A stretch of 64,000 nucleotides of DNA, from the NCBI GenBank assembly GCA_964531275.1, contig CAZHDZ010000004.1:73887-137886 (forward strand), given 5' to 3'. The DNA is from an uncultured Gammaproteobacteria bacterium (GTDB lineage: Bacteria > Patescibacteriota > Microgenomatia > Levybacterales > GWA1-39-11). Shown here piece by piece: positions 1 through 9,624 of the stretch. The notes beneath the pieces are model-generated. The model ran no database searches, was not told where the DNA came from, and worked only from the letters and a program-made list of their open reading frames with translations. Each line of letters opens with the position of its first letter. Position 1 is the stretch's first letter. The position numbers were made by a program, and so were the translations under genes.

Positions 1-1127
1 TTGTCGATTGCCCTTTTGAGAGGACCCAAGCCTCCTTCTCTCAAACCATCAACTGTTAATTCTGTTCCATTAGCAACTGCCTGACGCGCTTCTTGCTCTA
101 TAGTATCAATTGTCCAATACCCATCTGGTCTTCTCAGCTCATTTAGGCCTAATTTAAATCTCCAATACGCTCTCCCCTTCTCTGATAGCACTGCGTCCAA
201 ACTAGACTCACCAAGTATTGTAAGTTCTTCACGCGTAGGTAAATGGTCTAGTCCTTCACCCTTAATAATTCTTCTTATCTCAAACTCAACATAACTTTCA
301 TCTTGCAAACTCCCCCTGGTACGAATGCGTTGTTCAAAGCCCAATTTCAACTGCCAGGCTTGAAAACCTCCATTTTGTCTAATTGCATTTACCAAGCTTG
401 ATTCACCGTTATCGATTAATTGCTGAGGTGTTGGAAAACTATCTAAGCTATATTTTGCCATGAAACTTCTTATGAGCTGGGCAACATTGGCTTCATTTCT
501 CATTGAACCTCTTTCCCGACGTGGATTTTCAAAACCCATTCTCGTGCGATAATATTGAATAGATTTTGCAGAAATTGCTCTCGACAATTTCCATTCTTTT
601 AGCGCACCTAGGACTTTTTGATTAGGAAATGTAGTTAATCCATGAGCCTCCATAACCCTACGAATGTCCAGCTCAATTTCGGCATCACTTTCAAAACCTT
701 GTCTATTTGGATCCAAAGCTTCACCTTGTGATTGTGTTTGAAATTGACGGGTTTCTGTATTAAAAACTGAGCGAGCAAGGACCACACTCGAATCGTCCTG
801 CTTCTTTACAACTACTGTCAAATTTCCATCTTCATCTAGTGATGGCTCTAGAAGGACAGTATCACCCTCTTTAAAACCTGTACTTCTTAGAGCAATCCGT
901 ACACCACGTTTATTAAATTTACCTACATGAACAATTCGATTACCGTTTAATGTTCTGGTGAAAGGTGTTAGTTGATCTGCCCCAATCTCTCCGCGTAGAT
1001 ACTCAACGATATTACTTTGTCCTGTGAGCAATGCATCTGGTGCACTCTCTTGCAATACTTCTGTGAGTCCCAGTCCTGCATTAAATTGCCCATGCTCTTG
1101 TCCTGGAATTGGTTGTCCTTCACTCAT
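1..1127 (-). CDS. GYW-repeat helical protein, paralog 4 (runs off window edge; missing from ORF track)
   Basis: ATG at 1127 overlaps the TGA of the upstream gene (ATGA). Manual translation MSEGQPIPGQEHG...FPTPQQLIDNGESSLVNAIRQNGGFQAWQLKLGF...RRPDGYWTIDTIEQEAR is open to base 1. Confidence 0.85.
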   Translation of the reverse strand, partial: MSEGQPIPGQEHGQFNAGLGLTEVLQESAPDALLTGQSNIVEYLRGEIGADQLTPFTRTLNGNRIVHVGKFNKRGVRIALRSTGFKEGDTVLLEPSLDEDGNLTVVVKKQDDSSVVLARSVFNTETRQFQTQSQGEALDPNRQGFESDAEIELDIRRVMEAHGLTTFPNQKVLGALKEWKLSRAISAKSIQYYRTRMGFENPRRERGSMRNEANVAQLIRSFMAKYSLDSFPTPQQLIDNGESSLVNAIRQNGGFQAWQLKLGFEQRIRTRGSLQDESYVEFEIRRIIKGEGLDHLPTREELTILGESSLDAVLSEKGRAYWRFKLGLNELRRPDGYWTIDTIEQEARQAVANGTELTVDGLREGGLGPLKRAID

Positions 1128-2569
1128 GTCTCTTCCTCCAATCCTTTCATTAATTCGTCTGCTTGGTCAGGATTAGCCCCTAGGTCATGCTTTGTTAATC
1201 CTAATTTTTCCCTCAAAGCCTTGCGTCCACCAGGATAATGTTTTGCTATTGCAGCTGAAAGTCCACTATTCTTATTATCTATCATTAAGGTAGGCGTAAT
1301 ATCCCCATGTAGCTGAAAAAACTCAAAAGCTTCTCTTTCTATCCTTTCTGGATTCCATACAGAGGGAATCTCCTCAAGTTTTATTCCCAAAGCGTTCCTC
1401 AACTCGACTATACCTCCAGGATAATATCTTCCAATTACATACAAAAGGTCAGAATTTCCGCTAGCCTCCAATACTCTACCCGTCAATCGAGCTCCCGTAC
1501 TACAATATTCTTCTACTGCCTTCTTAATCTTATCTTCTGTCCAATATCCTTCTGGGTATTGAGAGAGTGCAACTCCCAATCTTTCTTTTAAGGCGTTCAT
1601 ACCTCCGGGATACTGAGCTGAAATTATTGGTCCTAGCTGACTCCCCTTCTCTCTTAGGGCTGGGACCGTTAATGCACCTTCTTTTATATAAAAATCTAGT
1701 GCTTCCTTTTCGATATTCGCGGGGTCTTGCCAATACCCATTTGGTTTTCTTCCTGGACTTATACCTAGTAACGTTTTTACTGCATCCATTCCTCCTTCAT
1801 ATTTTGTAATTGCTGATGAAAGAGAAGATGAGTCATTTTCAGCCAAAAGCTGATGAGAAATATCACCATGCTCTCTATAGAACTCGGCTGCACTCTGCAC
1901 TACCCTTTCCGATGTCCAAAATCCCTTGGGCTTATGTCCTCCCTCAACCAGTCCCAGCTTTTCTCTTAGTGCTCCTGTGGCCCCAGGATAATAAGAACTA
2001 ATTGCTGAGCTTAAATCTGCACGCCCTATTTGTTTTAAATACTCATGATTTATTTTCCCTCCGTTTGCAATGAGATTACGCGCCTCGTTCTCAATTGATT
2101 CAGGCGTCCAAAACCCTAATTCTTTATGCGGAGCATCTATTCCCAACTCTTCTCGTATCTTTTGAATTCCGCCCGGGTAGTGAATAGTTATTGCAGCTCC
2201 CAACCCTGACTGCTTGGCTTTCCCTAAGGCGTACACAGAAAGCTTGCCTGTTTCCTGATAAAATTTGAGCGCTTGCGACCGTATATCACTAAGTGCTTGA
2301 TCGGGATTCTCCCTTATCATTGCTGACCATAACGTTCTTTTTGCCGCTGATGCACCACCGTCTTCTTCCACTACGCCAGGTTCAACAACGGGAGAAAATA
2401 GACCATTCTTCATGTCATGGTCAATTAATGGACTAATCACCGTATCGCTATCCTTCTTTTCAACTAGAGGTTGCTCTGCAACCTGAGCGGTTGGATTTAT
2501 GATAGAGCCTTCAAGTGTAGACTGTTGCAAATTGACTTCTTCTTGCTGAATTGGCTCACCTTCGCTCAT
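1124..2569 (-). CDS. GYW-repeat helical protein, paralog 3
   Basis: About six copies of KPxG(Y/F)W..IE.EA...G.S.L..AI..YPGG...LR.KLG; acidic N-terminus; ends NPDQADELMKGLEEET. Confidence 0.85.
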   Translation of the reverse strand: MSEGEPIQQEEVNLQQSTLEGSIINPTAQVAEQPLVEKKDSDTVISPLIDHDMKNGLFSPVVEPGVVEEDGGASAAKRTLWSAMIRENPDQALSDIRSQALKFYQETGKLSVYALGKAKQSGLGAAITIHYPGGIQKIREELGIDAPHKELGFWTPESIENEARNLIANGGKINHEYLKQIGRADLSSAISSYYPGATGALREKLGLVEGGHKPKGFWTSERVVQSAAEFYREHGDISHQLLAENDSSSLSSAITKYEGGMDAVKTLLGISPGRKPNGYWQDPANIEKEALDFYIKEGALTVPALREKGSQLGPIISAQYPGGMNALKERLGVALSQYPEGYWTEDKIKKAVEEYCSTGARLTGRVLEASGNSDLLYVIGRYYPGGIVELRNALGIKLEEIPSVWNPERIEREAFEFFQLHGDITPTLMIDNKNSGLSAAIAKHYPGGRKALREKLGLTKHDLGANPDQADELMKGLEEET

Positions 2570-3759
2570 ATCTCCTCCTCCAATCCCCTCATTAATTCAT
2601 CTGCTTGGTCTGGGGAGATTTTCCCAAAATTTTCCTCTTCTATGCCAAGATAACTATTTAAAGCTGTAAAACCTCCAGGATAATATTTGGTGATTGCACC
2701 CATAAGACCTCCTGCTCCTTTTTTCAAAAGAAGTCTTCGAGATATTCTTCCATAGGTACCAACAAACTTTTTAGCTTCTTCTAAAGCTTTTTCTGCAGAC
2801 CAATAACCTTCAGGTTGTGCTTGATTAATACCAAATTTTGCCTTGATACCCCTCATCCCACCAGGATATTTTTCTGAAATAGCATGACGCAAATCAAATC
2901 GTTTTTCTTTTGATAAAAGTGATTGGGACAAGCCTCCATTTGACATAATAAATTCGGACGCTTGCTTTTCAATTTCCTCCACTGTCCATGGAATTTCTCT
3001 TCCGAAAGTCTGAGATCCAAATCTCTGCCTCCACTTAGAATAACCCCCATTCCTAATAATAGCTGCACTCAATGATGCTTCACCCATAGAGTGCAATTGT
3101 TCAGCGCTGGGAATCTCTGACAAATGATGCTCTTCAATTAGTCTTAATATTTCTAATTCAATGTTACTTTCATTATTCCAATACCCACTTTCCTTCTTTT
3201 CGGGCAGTCTTTCAAAACCCAGTCTTTCTCTCCAATAATTAAATCCTCCATTTCTGGTTACAGCAGATACGAGAGTACTGGAACCAGAGCTCACTATTTC
3301 TAAGGCTGATGGAAAATGCCCAATTTTTTCGACTATCTTTCTTAATTCTCCATCGATATTTTGTGTGTCTGTCCAATAATCAGGCGGTTTTTGGGTAATA
3401 GTAAATCCCAACTGCTGTCGCCATTCTCTAAATCCACCAGACTCAGTCACTGCATGTGCAAGAGAGTTCTTGCCCATTCCCCTCAACTCCATTGGTGTTG
3501 GGAAATGGCCAACAGAATCAATAATACTTCTTAATTCCCTTTCGATATTCGAGTTTTCCTTCCAATACCCTTGGGCCATTCTTTCAGAAGGCTGAATGTC
3601 ATCCACAACTGGTAGATCTTGCACCAACGATGGTTCTTGAACTGTTATTGTCTGGTCAATTAATATTGGTCCTTCTGCCAAGTCGGGTAACGAGACAATG
3701 GTATCTCCCGTAAATTCATTTTCTAAGTTTGAAACTATTACCCTATCTTGCTCACTCAT
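2566..3759 (-). CDS. GYW-repeat helical protein, paralog 2
   Basis: Five repeats of GYW...NIE.EL..I...GHFP(T/S)..EL...G..SL..A....GG...WR..LG; ends SPDQADELMRGLEEEI. Confidence 0.85.
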   Translation of the reverse strand: MSEQDRVIVSNLENEFTGDTIVSLPDLAEGPILIDQTITVQEPSLVQDLPVVDDIQPSERMAQGYWKENSNIERELRSIIDSVGHFPTPMELRGMGKNSLAHAVTESGGFREWRQQLGFTITQKPPDYWTDTQNIDGELRKIVEKIGHFPSALEIVSSGSSTLVSAVTRNGGFNYWRERLGFERLPEKKESGYWNNESNIELEILRLIEEHHLSEIPSAEQLHSMGEASLSAAIIRNGGYSKWRQRFGSQTFGREIPWTVEEIEKQASEFIMSNGGLSQSLLSKEKRFDLRHAISEKYPGGMRGIKAKFGINQAQPEGYWSAEKALEEAKKFVGTYGRISRRLLLKKGAGGLMGAITKYYPGGFTALNSYLGIEEENFGKISPDQADELMRGLEEEI

Positions 3760-4958
3760 ATCTCTTCCTCCAATCCTTGCAAAAATGTGTCTGCCTGATC
3801 AGGGGAAATAGTTAATTCAGCCTCTTTGCTCAATTTTTCTTTTAATGCCTCATATCCTCCTGGATATCCATTACCAATAAAATAAGCAAGACTACCTAAA
3901 CCTGATCTCACGAGCTCTCCTCTAGTTAGATGTACTCCCTTATCCAGTGCAGCCCGCGCTTCATTCTCAATATTAGATACGTCACTCCAATAACCATTTG
4001 CTTTTCTTACAGTTAAACCTAATTTTTCCCTTAAACCACTGTATCCTGCTGGATACTCCCGTTTGATTGCAGCCGCAAGAGCAGTGTAACCCTCCCTATG
4101 TAATGCGTCTTTTTTTATATCAATCCCTTTTTCTAATGCAGCGCGCGCTTCATTCTCAATAATTCCAGGATTCTGCCAATATCCAGGGGCTCTTTGCCTT
4201 GATGGTTGGTTAAACTTCCCTCTCCAAAAGGCTACTCCTTGATTTGCCATCGCCAGACCAAGGCTGGCATTTTTTCTGAGTTCAGTGTGAGTTGGAAAAT
4301 GGCCATATTCTTCAATGTGCCTTTTCAACTCATTTTCAATATTACTTTCATGGGTCCAGAATCCAGGGGGTTTACGTCCTCCAAATTCTGTACCTAAATA
4401 TTTTCTTAAAGCATACATTCCACCTGGGTACTTTTTGGAAATTGCTTGTAACAAATCGTCTCTTTTTAAGCTTCTTAGATTTGTTGCATTAAATACTTCC
4501 ATCCCGCCAACCAATGACATTGCCTCAGCTTCGATATTTTTGGGATCATCCCAATATCCTGCCGGCTTATTTTCTCTAGTTCTATCATCTTGCATATCCC
4601 TCCTTAATCCCGCAAAGCTTCCGGGATAATATTTTGAAATAACAGTTCCCAGCCCTGAATTGCCACTTATATTTAGTCCGTCTTGTGTTAAAGAAATACC
4701 TTCACTTACTAGCACCGAACTTCGTTGTTGTACATATAGCTTCAAAGTCTCAGGGGCTTCTGCTAATTTTTTCCAATCAATATAACCACGCGATTCTATT
4801 GGTGGAATAATTTCGGAAATTGGACTTTGACCTAAGGGTTGTTGAACTACAAATTCACCCTCCTTTTCAAGATTAGGGTTTTCTTTAATATCCAGAGATG
4901 ACCCTTCAAGAATCTGAGTGTCAGGAACTTGATTTATATTTACTTCTCCCTCGCTCAT
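3756..4958 (-). CDS. GYW-repeat helical protein, paralog 1
   Basis: About five repeats; ends SPDQADTFLQGLEEEI; TATAAT 6 nt upstream of the ATG. Confidence 0.85.
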   Translation of the reverse strand: MSEGEVNINQVPDTQILEGSSLDIKENPNLEKEGEFVVQQPLGQSPISEIIPPIESRGYIDWKKLAEAPETLKLYVQQRSSVLVSEGISLTQDGLNISGNSGLGTVISKYYPGSFAGLRRDMQDDRTRENKPAGYWDDPKNIEAEAMSLVGGMEVFNATNLRSLKRDDLLQAISKKYPGGMYALRKYLGTEFGGRKPPGFWTHESNIENELKRHIEEYGHFPTHTELRKNASLGLAMANQGVAFWRGKFNQPSRQRAPGYWQNPGIIENEARAALEKGIDIKKDALHREGYTALAAAIKREYPAGYSGLREKLGLTVRKANGYWSDVSNIENEARAALDKGVHLTRGELVRSGLGSLAYFIGNGYPGGYEALKEKLSKEAELTISPDQADTFLQGLEEEI

Positions 4959-4978
4959 GAAGTTATTATATAAAGATT

Positions 4979-6250
4979 TTACTCTATCTCGTAGATTGGG
5001 AAGTTGCGGAAAGAATCAATCGCTTCTTGTAAATGTCTCTCTGTCTGCGCATACATATCAAATATATTCTCATTATTTTTTACCTCATCATCAACTCTTT
5101 TTTTCAAAAATAAGCCGGCCCTAGCATCCTGAGGAGCCCCTAATATCTTTGCGATTAATGAGACGTTTCTATTATTCACTCTCTTTATTACACCGGATTT
5201 ATTGGATTTCACCTCGTGTGTTTTTGGTCCAGCATGAAGTTTTGAAGAAATAATAGTAGGGTCACCCTTTTGAGCCTCGATTATATCCATCATTTTCTTA
5301 TGAGCAACCCCGCTTATTAATATACTTTCTGCCCATTTCTCAGTGCTCTCGTATTTTTTAGCCTCTTCTTTGATCTTTTCATCAGCACTTTCAAGACATA
5401 AAGTCAAAAGTTCACCAGCAAGTTTTAGAGATTTTTTCTCCAGTGCCATAGGTCTCGTAGGATCCTGCTCAAGCACTTTAAGTGCATCGGCAGCTTCTAA
5501 AAGTGGTCCAATACCATTTCCTGCAGGCTCATATGCATGAGACAGAATTGCCTCAAGTTTTATATTGAATTTTTTGGCAATGAATTTAAATTTCTTGGCT
5601 AAATTCTCGCCGTCTTCCTTGTGGTGTACTTTCATGGTACGGCCATAAGGGATATCAATTACAACGTGATTGGAGCCAAATGCTATCTTTTTCGCCATAA
5701 CAGACACCAAAATCTTGTCAAAACTCTCAAGCGCCAAGGGTTCTTCAACATGTATTATCTGGTCATCAGCAGGTGCAATTTTAAAGCTTCCTCCCCATAC
5801 AATACAGGCATTTGTCTTTTCAACAATTCTATATATGTCATCCTCAGTAAAAGTAACGCTGGCAAGACATTCCATCGAATCCGCAGTACCAGCAGGGGTA
5901 GTGATGGCCCTAGAAGAGCTTTTAGGAATCAAAAATCCTGCACTTGCAATAATTGGCACAATTATCATGGTGGCTCTGGTCCCAGGAAGACCACCGATAG
6001 AATGTTTGTCGGCAACAACCCCTTTAAATTTAAGCTTGTCACCCGTCTCAATCATTGCCTTGGTGAGATAGTAAATCTCATCATAGGTAAAGCCCTTAGA
6101 GTATCCTGAAGCAGCAAAATAGGTAGTTAAGACATCACCCAATCGTTCATTTGCAATCTCATCCATGATCGCAAAAATCTCCTTATAGTTAAGCTCTTTG
6201 CCAACTAATTTTTTTTGTATTGCCTTTAGCGCCAGCGCATTGGGTACCAT
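4979..6250 (-). CDS. deoA: AMP phosphorylase / thymidine phosphorylase family (archaeal-type DeoA)
   Basis: DKHSIGG, KSSSRAIT and GTADSME motifs; C-terminal PYNP-like domain. Confidence 0.85.
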   Translation of the reverse strand: MVPNALALKAIQKKLVGKELNYKEIFAIMDEIANERLGDVLTTYFAASGYSKGFTYDEIYYLTKAMIETGDKLKFKGVVADKHSIGGLPGTRATMIIVPIIASAGFLIPKSSSRAITTPAGTADSMECLASVTFTEDDIYRIVEKTNACIVWGGSFKIAPADDQIIHVEEPLALESFDKILVSVMAKKIAFGSNHVVIDIPYGRTMKVHHKEDGENLAKKFKFIAKKFNIKLEAILSHAYEPAGNGIGPLLEAADALKVLEQDPTRPMALEKKSLKLAGELLTLCLESADEKIKEEAKKYESTEKWAESILISGVAHKKMMDIIEAQKGDPTIISSKLHAGPKTHEVKSNKSGVIKRVNNRNVSLIAKILGAPQDARAGLFLKKRVDDEVKNNENIFDMYAQTERHLQEAIDSFRNFPIYEIE

Positions 6251-6257
6251 AAATAAT

Positions 6258-6322
6258 AATTTTCAATTTCTAAATTCCAATTTTCAAGTTAGTTTGATCA
6301 ATTGGTATTTGATCATTGGCCA
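6258..6322. repeat. 7-nt periodic AT-rich element, copy 1
   Basis: aattttc aatttct aaattcc aattttc aa ... ttggtat ttgatca ttggcca; near-identical to 6558-6623. Confidence 0.6.
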
Positions 6323-6330
6323 TTAACAAT

Positions 6331-6549
6331 TTATGCACCTGGCTTAAATTGTTCCAGGGCTACTTTTAAGAATCCTTTTATAACCCTTAATAGATGATAC
6401 AGGAAAAAAGATATAACTCTATTCACAGATGGCCAAATATTATAAAAAAATCTGTATATTCTGTCTTTCCATAAGGAAAGAGTATAGGCACGTTGCATTT
6501 GCTGATCTTCTGTTGAGGGCGTGTATTGCTGTTGATTGTTTGGATCCAT
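6331..6549 (-). CDS. small hypothetical protein with amphipathic helix
   Basis: 72-aa ORF co-oriented in the run of minus-strand genes; Q-rich N-terminus. Confidence 0.7.
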   Translation of the reverse strand: MDPNNQQQYTPSTEDQQMQRAYTLSLWKDRIYRFFYNIWPSVNRVISFFLYHLLRVIKGFLKVALEQFKPGA

Positions 6550-6557
6550 ACTTTGTT

Positions 6558-6623
6558 AATTCTCAAATTCTAAATTCCAATTTTCAAACTTTTTGGTTAT
6601 TGGTTTTTGATTATTGGTCATTG
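6558..6623. repeat. 7-nt periodic AT-rich element, copy 2
   Basis: aattctc aaattct aaattcc aattttc aa ... ttggtta ttggttt ttgatta ttggtca. Confidence 0.6.
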
Positions 6624-7375
6624 TTCTGCTGTAGGCTCGCTCGAATAACAAGCCTTTTCCAAGTGGTGCCGGGAGGGGTACAGGTTATGAGGGTTATATA
6701 GCTATTGTCATAACTTTGGGAGAAGATATTTGGATCTTTTGGATCCGTAATCCCAATAGAAAATACTTTATAAGTATAGTCTTTACCATTAACAGTCAGA
6801 ACAAAGTCATCTCCTTCTTTTAACGTATGGAGTTTTGCAAAAATTGCCATGTAATTTTTAGGGTCAAACCATTGGGGAAGAGTTGAATGGCCAAATATTA
6901 CTGACGTTCCCTTTTCGATGGGACTTTTTGAAGTGGTAAAATACTGCACCAAATGCTTTGAAAGATCAAAATCGATAGCCGAAACTTTTGCCTTGTTAAT
7001 TCCTTGGGAAGGAATTGAGAATTCATACTCATCGACTTTCTTTACCTCAGCTTGAGTCTGTGCATGAACAACTTCTTGATTTGCTTGATACGGGAACCAA
7101 TTTCTTGCATCTTTATAGTCTGAAGTGACATTCTTAAATCCATGGCTAACAAGCCCTCCTAATGGACTAGAACCATTTAGGACATATCTCTGAGGTATAG
7201 GCGACTGAATCTCGCTCCCCGCAAAGGCTGATGAAAGATAGAGGTGATATGAGATCAATGGAAAGAAGAAGTAAAGGAGTGTTACTATTCCAAGACCGAT
7301 AATAAATAGCCCAAGTAACTTTTTCTTGTTGTGATAAAAAGAAGACCCACCTCTTCCATATGAATATCTATGCAT
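6611..7375 (-). CDS. sortase
   Basis: N-terminal TM; FGHS His motif, catalytic TLITC motif and downstream Arg (WKRLVIRA). Confidence 0.92.
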   Translation of the reverse strand: MHRYSYGRGGSSFYHNKKKLLGLFIIGLGIVTLLYFFFPLISYHLYLSSAFAGSEIQSPIPQRYVLNGSSPLGGLVSHGFKNVTSDYKDARNWFPYQANQEVVHAQTQAEVKKVDEYEFSIPSQGINKAKVSAIDFDLSKHLVQYFTTSKSPIEKGTSVIFGHSTLPQWFDPKNYMAIFAKLHTLKEGDDFVLTVNGKDYTYKVFSIGITDPKDPNIFSQSYDNSYITLITCTPPGTTWKRLVIRASLQQNNDQ

Positions 7376-7377
7376 GG

Positions 7378-9624
7378 TTATTGCGTCTTAACCTCAATAC
7401 TAATATTTCCTGGATTTAGAGGCACAATTTGAGGCAAAAATGGAATAGCATTTTCAAATTGAATTGACGCATCTGAAATACCGGGAGTTTGCTTTAGACT
7501 ATCAAGGGCTTCTTTTGATCCTTTCCCCGCAACAATTTTAGGCACTGATTTTTCATCAAGTGATGGCTTGAAAATAGCGTTATACGAAAGTTTTGCTGAG
7601 AGATCTTTTCCGTCTTGCTTGATATCTGAGATTTTAATTGTACTTTCATTATCTGAAAGCTTAAATTCATCGGGTACATCAAATTCATCCGATGAAGAAA
7701 TGAAATTGAGAAGCTCTTCCTTGTTGTAGACTCCCAATGTATATGTTACTGAAGCATTTAACTTCAATGTCTTTGCAGTATCATTCTCTTTTCTGTCAAA
7801 TTTTTTCTCCTTAAAGTCAAAGGAAAGATACATTGGGACCATTGCGTCTTTCTCAGACAAAGATCCTTCTGCTTCTCCTTTTGCTTTATCAAAAAGTCTT
7901 TCAATAACTGATGTTTCAAGTGTCTGCAAGTCTTTCTTAGAAACTACCTGTATCTCTTCCTTTGTTCCGCCTGAGAATGCAGAATCATTTCTTCCGAAAA
8001 CATCAGAAGTAGAAAGGCCCTTTATTGTAAAGTTTGTTTGGGATGGAAGGTTATACTCTTTACCAAAACTCGAAGCTGCAACTTTTGCCTGAGCGCTTTG
8101 GAAAGATGTCGCAAAAGAGCTGGTCGAGGCAATACTAACCGCATCGTTAAGAGTAAATTCAAGATTGTTTGAGGAAGTAATAGTCGATCCTTTTTCTAGT
8201 TGCTTGGGGCTTTCTGTCTTGTTAAAAATGGTTACTGTACCAGTCGCTTTTTGACCGGTATCTTTCTTGCCTGTGGTTTCTTGGGCCTGCTCTCCGCTTG
8301 CCTCTTGCTCTATTGTAGAAATCTTAAGTATTTTATCCTCAAAAGATGAACTACCGCTTGTACTTAATGTTATATCCATCTGATCTTGAGCAAATTCTTT
8401 TTGATCCGTAAATACAATTACCTTCACCTTTACAATTGCTGTGTAATAAATCACAAGAACAACTATCACGACAATAAGCGCAATCAAAGGAATTATAAAT
8501 TGTCTTCCACTACCGATCATTTTTGGGAAGCGAGATAGTGATCTTGGAGTAAAAAAAGAAGCCAATGACTCCTTAAAACCTCTTCGTGCACTACTATGGC
8601 CTTCTACTTCTTCGGGGATGTCCTCCTCATATTCACTTTCAGCAACCTCAGTTTGCTCAATACCATGATGCTTTATAACTGCATGTGAAGTATTATCTTC
8701 ACTAAATTTAAAGCCATCTTCCTCAGGGGTAGTTGGCGACACCTCAGATACTACTTGAGAAGCAACTAGAGCAATGTCTTCGTCTTTCAAAAATCCGAAA
8801 TCATTACTACTCGATTCTTTTACCTCCCCTACTTCTATGTCTTCTTCTCTTGAAGGCGTGACCATTTCACCACTTATCGTTACGTTGAGTTGAGATGCTA
8901 CTCCCGTTATTATTGCTTGATTTTCAAATCCCTTCTCAAGAATAGTCACCTGAGGCAAGTGCATAAATGGAAGTTCTTTCGTCCAGTGATGTGACAGGAA
9001 TTTCTGAGAAACTGCCTCAGCCTCCTTATTGTGAAGAAGAATTATCTTTGGGGGAAGTACATCAAGCTTTGTTACTTGGGAAAGCAATTTTTCAACGGTA
9101 GCCTCAACACCATCCTCTACAATTCCGTGCTTAACATCAATGATATTCCCCCCTCTTACGATAAATACTGTTAAATACTTCTCCGAAAGTTCAACAAAAA
9201 TACCACTGATTGGAGCTCCTTCTTTCTTTTGCAATGCGGCTGTTATTGCCTCAATTGAGACGATAAAACCCATAGGGGTAAGTGCTAGTTCTTGGCTTAT
9301 TTTTTTAAGTTGCGTCAGTCTTTCGGACTTGATTCTTCCTTCCTCAACCCATGAGTAAGGAACTGCAAATATAGTCTTTTCTAAATTCGCACCCTCTGGA
9401 AGGCTCATCTCAATACGCGAAATGACTGTATCACATACAACAATAAGATCTTCTGCAGATGATTGTTCAAGATCTACTGGTGCTTCATGAGAGGAAAGGA
9501 TAATGAGAGTTTTTTCTTGTTCTTTAAAAAGGATAGAGGAAACCTTATCCGACTCAAAAATTAGAGCCAGAAAAAATTCAGTAGTAACAGTCTTTGTTAA
9601 GAATGGTATGGCAGGAAACTTCAT
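7378..9624 (-). CDS. membrane protein: degenerate FtsA/PilM-like N-domain + TM + baseplate-J-like extracellular domain
   Basis: Central TM (IIPLIALIVVIVVL); KATGTVTIFN...G.EYNL...FSGG motifs typical of CPR baseplate-J-like proteins. Confidence 0.6.
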   Translation of the reverse strand: MKFPAIPFLTKTVTTEFFLALIFESDKVSSILFKEQEKTLIILSSHEAPVDLEQSSAEDLIVVCDTVISRIEMSLPEGANLEKTIFAVPYSWVEEGRIKSERLTQLKKISQELALTPMGFIVSIEAITAALQKKEGAPISGIFVELSEKYLTVFIVRGGNIIDVKHGIVEDGVEATVEKLLSQVTKLDVLPPKIILLHNKEAEAVSQKFLSHHWTKELPFMHLPQVTILEKGFENQAIITGVASQLNVTISGEMVTPSREEDIEVGEVKESSSNDFGFLKDEDIALVASQVVSEVSPTTPEEDGFKFSEDNTSHAVIKHHGIEQTEVAESEYEEDIPEEVEGHSSARRGFKESLASFFTPRSLSRFPKMIGSGRQFIIPLIALIVVIVVLVIYYTAIVKVKVIVFTDQKEFAQDQMDITLSTSGSSSFEDKILKISTIEQEASGEQAQETTGKKDTGQKATGTVTIFNKTESPKQLEKGSTITSSNNLEFTLNDAVSIASTSSFATSFQSAQAKVAASSFGKEYNLPSQTNFTIKGLSTSDVFGRNDSAFSGGTKEEIQVVSKKDLQTLETSVIERLFDKAKGEAEGSLSEKDAMVPMYLSFDFKEKKFDRKENDTAKTLKLNASVTYTLGVYNKEELLNFISSSDEFDVPDEFKLSDNESTIKISDIKQDGKDLSAKLSYNAIFKPSLDEKSVPKIVAGKGSKEALDSLKQTPGISDASIQFENAIPFLPQIVPLNPGNISIEVKTQ

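Noticed and set aside
7378-9624. Prophage or contractile injection system
   Set aside because: Only a single baseplate-J-like domain, with no sheath, tube, terminase or integrase genes.
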